Positions 38,958 to 46,480 of a stretch of 64,000 bases of DNA are shown here, one piece after another (the first letter of the stretch is position 1; every line of letters begins with the position of its first letter). The translations under genes and the position numbers were made by a program. Below the pieces are notes generated by a model that worked only from the letters and a program-made list of their open reading frames with translations, was not told the origin of the DNA and ran no database searches. This DNA is from an uncultured bacterium (GTDB taxonomy: Bacteria; Patescibacteriota; Patescibacteriia; Patescibacteriales; UBA12465): NCBI GenBank assembly GCA_938003925.1, contig CALKWQ010000023.1, positions 150,554 to 214,553 on the forward strand. Direction: 5' to 3'.

Positions 38958-39680
38958 ATGTCCGGACACTCCAAATGGGCGACTACGCATCGTCAAAAAG
39001 AATTAGTTGATGCTAAGCGTGGCGCCATTTTTACCAAGCTGGCTAATATTATCGCTATTGCTGCTAAGCAAGGTGGCGACCCTGCTGTTAATCCTGCTCT
39101 AAGAGCAGCTATAGACCGAGCCAGGGAGGTAAGTATGCCCAAAGATAATATAGAACGAGCTATTAAGAAGGGTACGGGAGAGTTAGGCGGAGAACAGGTG
39201 GAAGAATTGTATTATGAGGGCATCGGTCCGGCCGGTATTCAAGTAATTGTAAAGTGCACGACTGATAATAGAAATCGTAGCGCCTCTACCGTTCGGCATG
39301 CTTTCACTAAGAATGGAGGTTCCTTTGGTGCGGTGATGTGGAATTTCGAGCAGGCCGGAGTTATTCTGCTAGCTCAGGCAGAAATCGCGACTAAACATCT
39401 AAATCTTGATGATTGGGAATTGGAATTAATAGACCATGGCGCTAAAGATGTGGTTAGGGCCGAAGAAGGAATTACGATTTATACTGCTTTGAATGATTTT
39501 CAAAAGATGCAGGATTATCTCAAGTCACTAGGCTTAAAAGTAGAATCGGCAGCTGTAGAATATGTAGCTAAAGAAAAAGCACAGTTGAGTGCTGAGGATC
39601 AGGTTAAGTGCGACAAGTTTTTAGACGAGTTAGAAAATAATGAGGATGTAAGTGATTACTATACTAATTTAGCCGATTAA
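38958..39680 (+). CDS. yebC: YebC/PmpR family DNA-binding transcriptional regulator
   Basis: The N-terminus MSGHSKWATTHRQK…KRGAIFTKL is the hallmark of the YebC family. It is 240 aa and lies upstream of ruvC, as in many bacteria. Confidence 0.9.
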   Translation: MSGHSKWATTHRQKELVDAKRGAIFTKLANIIAIAAKQGGDPAVNPALRAAIDRAREVSMPKDNIERAIKKGTGELGGEQVEELYYEGIGPAGIQVIVKCTTDNRNRSASTVRHAFTKNGGSFGAVMWNFEQAGVILLAQAEIATKHLNLDDWELELIDHGAKDVVRAEEGITIYTALNDFQKMQDYLKSLGLKVESAAVEYVAKEKAQLSAEDQVKCDKFLDELENNEDVSDYYTNLAD

Positions 39681-39749
39681 ACATTTTATCGTCTCATAAC
39701 TATTATCTAGGCTCGGAATCAGGCTCTAACTAATTCCGAGCCGCTATGT

Positions 39750-40229
39750 ATGGAGAGAATCGTTTTAGGAATCGACCCTGGCATTGCTGACACCGGTTAC
39801 GGCGTGATTAGTGTAAACGGCGGTCGTTTGGAGTGCCTAGAGTATGGGTCTATTAAAACGCCGCCCAACCTAGCTTTGCCCAATAGGCTATCCCAGCTTT
39901 ATCAGGAGTTAACAGGCCTGTTGATTAAATATCAGCCTCAAGCCGCCGCCATTGAACAATTATTTTTTAATAAGAACGTGAAGACGGCTCTGATTGTGGG
40001 GCAGGCTAGAGGCGTTGTTTTGCTGGCTTTAAATCAAGCGAATGTGCCGATTATTGACTTTAGCCCGGCTCAAGTTAAAAGAGCGGTTTCAGCTTATGGG
40101 CAAGCCTCTAAATTGCAGGTACAAAAAATGGTGCAGATGATGCTTAAATTAAAAGAGCTGCCGCGACCAGATGATGCCGCCGATGCTTTAGCTGTGGCTA
40201 TCTGCGGCGCTAATTATCGCCAGTATTAA
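39750..40229 (+). CDS. ruvC: Holliday junction resolvase RuvC
   Basis: The N-terminal ILGIDPGIADTGYGVI is the RNase H-like fold with the catalytic Asp. The 159-aa gene follows yebC. Confidence 0.9.
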   Translation: MERIVLGIDPGIADTGYGVISVNGGRLECLEYGSIKTPPNLALPNRLSQLYQELTGLLIKYQPQAAAIEQLFFNKNVKTALIVGQARGVVLLALNQANVPIIDFSPAQVKRAVSAYGQASKLQVQKMVQMMLKLKELPRPDDAADALAVAICGANYRQY

Positions 40230-40238
40230 TTTAAAAAT

Positions 40239-41708
40239 ATGGGCAAGATGTTGAAAATTGTACATATAGCCTCTGAAGTCGCTCCTTTTTCTAAGACGGG
40301 TGGCTTAGGTGATGTGGCTCGCAGTCTACCTAAATCGCTTAAGCGCTTAGGTCATGATGTATGTTTAATTACACCCCTATATACTAAAGTGATTAATCGA
40401 GAAGAATACAAGCTGACGCCCTTATTCATGGAAGTTAAGCTGAGGCTTAATTCAACGGAGAGTATCGTAGTCAATTATTGGCAGGGACAGCTAATGGATG
40501 GGTTGCCAGTATATTTTGTTGAGTGTAAAAAATATTTTTCTAAACATAAGAATCTTTATGGCTCTAGTCATGAAAACGCTAGATTCCTAGTGTTTGATGT
40601 AGCTGCTTTAAAACTCTTATCTTTGTTAAAATTTCAGGCCGATATTATTCACTGCCATGATTGGCAAACTGGCCTTATTCCTTATTATCTCAAACACGAT
40701 TTTCGTTATTCCAAAACCTTGAAGAACGCCAAGACAGTTTTTACTATTCATAATCTGATTTTTCAGTTTGGGCATAATTGGTGGGAGGTGCCATCAGAGC
40801 GGAAAGACTACGGCCGCGGCAAAATTCCACATCTTAGCGATCCTCGCTTGGAAGATGTTAATTTTGCTAAAAGAGCAATCCTATCTGCCGATATTATTAA
40901 TACGGTGAGTGAGCAGTATCGATCGGAGATTATGACTAAGAAATTCGGTCAGGATTTACACCAAATTTTGAGGAATCGTTCGGACCGCTTATTTGGTATC
41001 ATTAATGGTATTGATTATAACGCCTATAATCCGGATAAAGATGAGGGTTTGGCCCAGCGTTATAGTGCTAGTTCCTTAGGTAAGCGTTTATCGGCCAAGA
41101 AGGCTAATAAATTATCCCTACAGGCTTTAGTAGGTTTGCCGCAAGAATCACTAACCCCGATGTTATGCACCACTTCACGCGTTACTTTTCAAAAAGGCTT
41201 TAATCTGATTTTGAAAATTATGCCCGCGTTGTTGCGCTTGGATATCCAACTGGTGTTTATGGGCGATGGCAGTAAAGAGTATATCCAGCCTTTGAAGAAG
41301 CTGCAGAAGAAGTTTGGTCGTAAGTTAGTTTGGCTGCCTTTTGACCCCAAAATTGAAACCGCTCTTTATGCCGCCGCTGATTTGTTTCTCTTGCCCTCCA
41401 ATCATGAGCCTTGTGGTATTAACCAATTAATCGCTATGCGTTATGGCTGTATTCCGGTAGTAAGAGAGATTGGCGGCTTACATGATACCGTGGATGATTA
41501 TAATCCTGCTACGGGGCGTGGCAATGGCTTTACTTTTGTTCAAGAGGACTCTTTAGATTTTTTTGGCGCTATTGTCCGCGGCTTGGAAAACTATCAGCAT
41601 CGTATGGCCTGGGAATCTTTAGTGCGTCAGGCGATGAAGCAATCTAATAGTTGGGAAATTCCAGCTAAAAAATATATCCAGCTGTATCGCCGGTCTAAGC
41701 GTTTATAA
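40239..41708 (+). CDS. glgA: Glycogen/starch synthase (GT5, GlgA-like), copy 1
   Basis: The N-terminal KIVHIASEVAPFSKTGGLGDV carries the K-x-GGL motif of ADP-glucose-type alpha-glucan synthases. The C-terminal GT-B domain has the E-x7-E region (HEPCGINQLIAMRYG). Confidence 0.8.
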   Translation: MGKMLKIVHIASEVAPFSKTGGLGDVARSLPKSLKRLGHDVCLITPLYTKVINREEYKLTPLFMEVKLRLNSTESIVVNYWQGQLMDGLPVYFVECKKYFSKHKNLYGSSHENARFLVFDVAALKLLSLLKFQADIIHCHDWQTGLIPYYLKHDFRYSKTLKNAKTVFTIHNLIFQFGHNWWEVPSERKDYGRGKIPHLSDPRLEDVNFAKRAILSADIINTVSEQYRSEIMTKKFGQDLHQILRNRSDRLFGIINGIDYNAYNPDKDEGLAQRYSASSLGKRLSAKKANKLSLQALVGLPQESLTPMLCTTSRVTFQKGFNLILKIMPALLRLDIQLVFMGDGSKEYIQPLKKLQKKFGRKLVWLPFDPKIETALYAAADLFLLPSNHEPCGINQLIAMRYGCIPVVREIGGLHDTVDDYNPATGRGNGFTFVQEDSLDFFGAIVRGLENYQHRMAWESLVRQAMKQSNSWEIPAKKYIQLYRRSKRL

Positions 41709-41711
41709 ATT

Positions 41712-42866
41712 ATGTTGTGGTTGAATTTTATCCATCTCTATCAGCCGGCCAATAGCTCTTCGGCGCGCATTAAAGAAGCGGCGGATAAAAGTTATTGGCG
41801 CCTGACACGTCTCTTGGAAGAAAATCCAAGTCTCTTTTTTACTGCCAATATCAGCGCCTGTTTATTAGAGCGATTACGTGATGAGGGTTATGAAGACTTG
41901 TTAGAAAGTTGGCGCCGATTAATCAAAGACGGTCATCTGGAATTAGTAGGCTCAGCCGCCTATCATGGTTTTTTGCCGTTTTTGCCAACCAGAGAAGTTT
42001 TATATCAAATTAAGCGTCAAGAAGAAATTATCTTAGAAATATTAGGCGTTGATGTGCGTGGTGGCGGCTTTTTCTTGCCAGAAATGGCTTATACTCCAGA
42101 ATTAGCTAAATTAGTGCGGCAGCAAGGTTATAGCTGGCTGATTTTAGATGAAGCTGTGTTACCTAAGGATGCTAAAAATGTCAATGTTTGTCTGGATAAT
42201 AATAGCGATTTGAAAATTATAATCCGTCATCGGTCAACATCAAATGCTTATTTGCCAGATACCTTAAACAAGTTGTCGCTTGCAGACCAGCGGCCAGAAT
42301 TAATTATTACTGCTACCGACGCTGAGCTCTATGGATTAAGGCATGAGGATCCCACAGCTGAGTTAGAGAAAATGGTAAGAATTAAAGACCTAAGAACTCA
42401 AACAGTTTCTAATTTTTTGCAGCAACAAGTAGATTTTCCAACCTTAACCTTGCGTTCAGCTTCTTGGGAAACCAATCAGCAATCAAGACGGGAGCAACCT
42501 TTTGTTATTTGGCGTGATCGCCATAATCGTGTGCAAACCGATTTATGGCATCTAGCCGCCCTAGCTTTGGCAGCTGGAGAAAATTATCCTAATGACCCCG
42601 GTTATCAGTGGTATCGCTGGCATTTAAATCGCGGTTTAGCTAGTTGCGCTTTTTGGTGGGCTAGTGGTTGGGATTTTTTTCATAATTTTGGTCCCGTAGC
42701 TTGGAATCCCGATGAAGTAGAAAATGGTTTAAATGATTTGGTGAGATCTTTGCGGTCTTTGCAAGACCAGCGTAGTCTAAGAGAGAAAATCAAAGTGGAA
42801 AAATTGGCAGCTAAAATTCGCCGTCATCTCTGGGAGCTTCATTGGCAAAAGTATTGGTTAAAATAA
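41712..42866 (+). CDS. Glycoside hydrolase family 57 protein. It is compact at 384 aa, and whether it is a glucanotransferase, branching enzyme or amylopullulanase-like enzyme is undetermined.
   Basis: GH57 conserved regions are recognisable. They are FIHLYQP (region I-like), GHLELVGSAAYHGFLPFLP (region II) and FFLPEMAY (region III, with a Glu nucleophile). ITATDAELYG (region IV) carries the acid/base Asp. Confidence 0.6.
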   Translation: MLWLNFIHLYQPANSSSARIKEAADKSYWRLTRLLEENPSLFFTANISACLLERLRDEGYEDLLESWRRLIKDGHLELVGSAAYHGFLPFLPTREVLYQIKRQEEIILEILGVDVRGGGFFLPEMAYTPELAKLVRQQGYSWLILDEAVLPKDAKNVNVCLDNNSDLKIIIRHRSTSNAYLPDTLNKLSLADQRPELIITATDAELYGLRHEDPTAELEKMVRIKDLRTQTVSNFLQQQVDFPTLTLRSASWETNQQSRREQPFVIWRDRHNRVQTDLWHLAALALAAGENYPNDPGYQWYRWHLNRGLASCAFWWASGWDFFHNFGPVAWNPDEVENGLNDLVRSLRSLQDQRSLREKIKVEKLAAKIRRHLWELHWQKYWLK

Positions 42867-42919
42867 AAATATTTATTTAATTTTTAAAATTTATTTTCCG
42901 AGGAGGTCGGAACATTTTT

Positions 42920-43963
42920 ATGAATAAGGCTTTAAGCCTGTTCGATGAACAGGCTGTGCGCGTGTTGTTAGAAAGAGAGGTTTTACCTCTCTATCCAGTT
43001 TTTACCGGGATAGTTCGTTTGCAAGTGGTGCCCTATAAGAAGTTGATTTGGGAAACAACTTACCATGTGGTAATAGCTTACCGTGTCGTTTTCGCCACCA
43101 AAACAGGGGGCGAAGAAAATTTAGAAATTGTGTGCTCAGCTCATAGTAGTGAGCCGCGCGAGTTAGTATTTAAAGTGTTAAATTTTTTGTGGCAAAGCAA
43201 TTTGGCTGATGATGAAATTATCCTGCCTCGACCCTTATTTTATTCGGCTGAATTTAAGGGCACCTTTTATCGCGCTATTGAGGGTAAAAATTTGTTGGAC
43301 TTTATTAAACGCGATGACCGTGTTCGTGTGCAGACGATGGTAGCTCAAGCTGCTCGTTTGTTAGCGCGTTTACACGCAGTGAAGCCGCCGCAGGATAATA
43401 GTATTTTTAGTGATGATAATCGTCTATTGCGTAGCGTTGTGCCGGGCAGGGACATGATAATTTCAGAAATTAAAGAACGTTTTAAAGGTGAATTTGTCGA
43501 TGATGTGGCTGCTCTTTATCAGCGTTTTATCGAGCAAGAGGAATTATTTTTCCGGGATAACTCTCAGCGCTGGTTAATTCATGGTGATGCTCATCCAGAA
43601 AACATTATTGCTGTGGGCGAACACAAAATTGGCATCATTGATTTTACCGACTTCTGTCCCGCCGATTTTGCTCGTGATTTAGGAGCCTTCTTACAGCAAC
43701 TAGAATATAAAATTACACGTCATTTAAATGATAGTGATTTTGCGATAGCGATGAAAAAGTTATTTTTAAATACTTATTTGCAAGCTTCCGGTATTATTCT
43801 AGTAGACGCTTTGCAGGCCCGCTTAGATTTATACTATAACTGGACGGCTATTAGGACAGCAACTTTCTGGTTACTTAAACATGACTGCGAGCCAGGTAAG
43901 GCGGCTTTGGCTATTGAGCGCGTTAAGGAAAATATTAACACCAACAAACATGCCCAAGATTAA
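42920..43963 (+). CDS. Phosphotransferase of the aminoglycoside-phosphotransferase/choline-kinase fold. It may be a maltokinase-like sugar kinase.
   Basis: The catalytic loop IHGDAHPENII and the metal-binding IDFTDF (a DFG-like motif) are typical of APH-fold kinases. The gene is embedded between two glgA genes. Confidence 0.55.
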   Translation: MNKALSLFDEQAVRVLLEREVLPLYPVFTGIVRLQVVPYKKLIWETTYHVVIAYRVVFATKTGGEENLEIVCSAHSSEPRELVFKVLNFLWQSNLADDEIILPRPLFYSAEFKGTFYRAIEGKNLLDFIKRDDRVRVQTMVAQAARLLARLHAVKPPQDNSIFSDDNRLLRSVVPGRDMIISEIKERFKGEFVDDVAALYQRFIEQEELFFRDNSQRWLIHGDAHPENIIAVGEHKIGIIDFTDFCPADFARDLGAFLQQLEYKITRHLNDSDFAIAMKKLFLNTYLQASGIILVDALQARLDLYYNWTAIRTATFWLLKHDCEPGKAALAIERVKENINTNKHAQD

Positions 43964-45362
43964 ATCTAAGAAAAAAGTATTATTTTGCGCAGCTGAAGCT
44001 ACTCCCTTGGCTAAAGTCGGCGGTTTGGCGGACGTGGTCGGTTCTTTGCCTGCGGCCTTAAAGTCACAACAAATTGAAGCTAGAGTTCTAATGCCTGCTC
44101 ACGGATCAATTATGTGGCGCGGTCTACGGGCAAAAAGCATAGCCACTTTTTATGTAGTAATTGGTGGCCAGAGGGAGAGGGTTGTCGTGCGTGAAGTTCG
44201 TGTGCAGGGCGTACATTATTATTTGCTAGTCAACAAAAAATATTTTTCCGGTAATGTTTATGACGGCGATAATATTAGTAAATATCTGTTTTTTTGTCGG
44301 GCCGCTTTAGTTGCTTTGTCTTATTTACCTTTTCGTCCGGCAGTTATCCATGCTCATGATTTTCATGCCGCTCCCATTATTACTGAACTAGCGGTTAGAA
44401 AACGACGTCCAGGGTTAATTTTAACTATTCATAATTTACAGCATCAAGGCTGGACGGATATTACCACCTTAAAGGCTTTTGGTTTTCAGGAGACCTCTTT
44501 TTTAGGGCGTGTTAATCTTGGTAAAGATAATCAAACAGTTAATTTATTAGCAGCCGGCATTGCTACCGCTGATAAGATTACAACAGTGAGCGCCACCTAT
44601 GCTAGGGAAATTTTAACTAGTGCTTATGGACAAGGCTTAGATAAATTATTACGTAGCCGTCGCCGTGATTTAGTGGGTATTGTTAATGGCATAGATGTCA
44701 ATGATTATAATCCAGAAACAGATCGGTGGTTGGTAGACAACTATACCTCACTTAATTTAACCGCGGGGAAACAGGTTAATAAGAAGGCGGTTTTCAGTTA
44801 TTTTGGCTGGCAAGAGGATGGCTCTCCTTTACTCGTTTTTATTGCTCGTTTTTCCAGTCAGAAAGGCTTAGATCTATTTGCCGAGACTGCGTGGCGGCAG
44901 CTCGCTCAGCGCTATGCTTTTAAATTAGTGTTATTGGGCAGCGGTGAAAAGAAATATGAAAATATTGCTTTAAGTCTGCAGAGCGCCTTACCTGCCAATA
45001 TTAGGACGGTAGTCGCTTTTGATAACGCGTTAGCCCGTAATTTATACGCTGCTGCTGATTATTTTTTAGTACCCTCCCAATTTGAACCTTGCGGGTTAAC
45101 TCAGATGATGGCGATGCGCTATGGCGCCGTGCCCATCGTCCGTGCTACTGGAGGCTTGAAAGATACAGTTAAGCACGGTCAGACTGGATTAACTTTCTCT
45201 ACTTATACTATTCCAGCATTTACGAAAATAGTAGAACAGGCTCTGCGTCTTTATTATCGTCAGCCGAAAAAATTTCAGGCTTTACGTTTGGCCGGCAGGA
45301 GACAAGACTGGTCCTGGTCTGCCTCAGCTCCAGCCTATCGTCGTCTGTATGATTTAGTGTAA
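43950..45362 (+). CDS. glgA: Glycogen/starch synthase (GT5, GlgA-like), copy 2. The start is taken at MPKIKSKKK and overlaps the upstream gene by 14 nt.
   Basis: VLFCAAEATPLAKVGGLADV has the K-x-GGL motif. The C-terminus HAHDFH…EPCGLTQMMAMRYG follows a GT-B pattern paralogous to copy 1. Confidence 0.75.
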   Translation: MPKIKSKKKVLFCAAEATPLAKVGGLADVVGSLPAALKSQQIEARVLMPAHGSIMWRGLRAKSIATFYVVIGGQRERVVVREVRVQGVHYYLLVNKKYFSGNVYDGDNISKYLFFCRAALVALSYLPFRPAVIHAHDFHAAPIITELAVRKRRPGLILTIHNLQHQGWTDITTLKAFGFQETSFLGRVNLGKDNQTVNLLAAGIATADKITTVSATYAREILTSAYGQGLDKLLRSRRRDLVGIVNGIDVNDYNPETDRWLVDNYTSLNLTAGKQVNKKAVFSYFGWQEDGSPLLVFIARFSSQKGLDLFAETAWRQLAQRYAFKLVLLGSGEKKYENIALSLQSALPANIRTVVAFDNALARNLYAAADYFLVPSQFEPCGLTQMMAMRYGAVPIVRATGGLKDTVKHGQTGLTFSTYTIPAFTKIVEQALRLYYRQPKKFQALRLAGRRQDWSWSASAPAYRRLYDLV

Positions 45363-45373
45363 TATTTTATTTT

Positions 45374-46381
45374 ATGTCTTCCGCTCATTCTGCTGGCTTT
45401 TGGCCAGTTTTGGCCGCTTTTGTAGGAAATGCTACCGTCTGTGTTGGCAAATTCCTTGGTTTTTTAGTCTCTGGTTCTAGCGCGATGTTTTCTGAGGCTA
45501 TCCATAGTTTTGCTGATACTGCTAACCAATCCTTGCTTCTGGTTGGTTTAAAGCGTTCACGTTTAGCTATTTCAGTAGAATATCCTTATGGCCATGGCCG
45601 CGAGCGTTATATTTGGGCGCTTATTTCTGCTTGCGGTATCTTTTTTGTTGGCGCTGGTGTTACTGTTTATCATGGCGTGTCTGCCTTGTGGCAGCCTTCA
45701 ACCTTTCGTTTTAGCTTTTGGCCAGTACTTATTTTAATTATCTCTTTTGTTATCGAGAGCTTTACTCTCTGGCTAGCTTTTCGTGAATTACGTCGTGATC
45801 ATCAAGGTCAGCGCTGGTTAAAAATATTAAAGACGGCCGACCCCACCACCTTGGCCGTGGTCTACGAAGATGGTCTGGCTGTTTTCGGGGTTTTAGTGGC
45901 TTTGTTAGCATATCTCTTAACGGAGTTTACCGGTAATCATTATTGGGATGCGGGCGGTTCTATTTTTATCGGCGTGTTGCTAGGTGTGGCGGCGGTGATG
46001 TTAATTAATAAGAATAGACATTATTTAGTCACTACTTCTATTCCGCCAGAGATAGAAGCGGAGGTAAAAAAGATTCTACTATCTGATCCGACGATTGAAA
46101 AATTAATTGACTTCAAGTCGGCCGTTTTAGACATTGATAAATATCTGATTAAATGTGATGTAGAATTTAATGCCGCCGCCATGATTCAGTATCTAGAGAG
46201 TTATCATTTTTTAGCCAATGAATATAAGGAAATTCAGGGAGATTACGAGGAGTATATGAAATTTTGCGTGGACTATATGGACCGGGTACCCCGTTTAATT
46301 GGGCGTAAAATAGATGAAATCGAAAAGCGCATCCAAGAGCGTTTCCCTAAGATTGTTTTTATTGACATTGAGATTAATTAG
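45374..46381 (+). CDS. Cation diffusion facilitator (CDF) family metal efflux transporter
   Basis: It has six TM helices. The signature FSEAIHSFADTANQ and the C-terminal cytoplasmic metallochaperone-like domain fit CDF transporters. Confidence 0.8.
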   Translation: MSSAHSAGFWPVLAAFVGNATVCVGKFLGFLVSGSSAMFSEAIHSFADTANQSLLLVGLKRSRLAISVEYPYGHGRERYIWALISACGIFFVGAGVTVYHGVSALWQPSTFRFSFWPVLILIISFVIESFTLWLAFRELRRDHQGQRWLKILKTADPTTLAVVYEDGLAVFGVLVALLAYLLTEFTGNHYWDAGGSIFIGVLLGVAAVMLINKNRHYLVTTSIPPEIEAEVKKILLSDPTIEKLIDFKSAVLDIDKYLIKCDVEFNAAAMIQYLESYHFLANEYKEIQGDYEEYMKFCVDYMDRVPRLIGRKIDEIEKRIQERFPKIVFIDIEIN

Positions 46382-46480
46382 ATTGGGCGTAGAATCGTCT
46401 GATTTGAGCTTTCGTCTCGCTTTTTGTATAATGAGAGCGTAGTTATTAACGCCACCGTGTTGACGGAGGCCTTTACTTTT

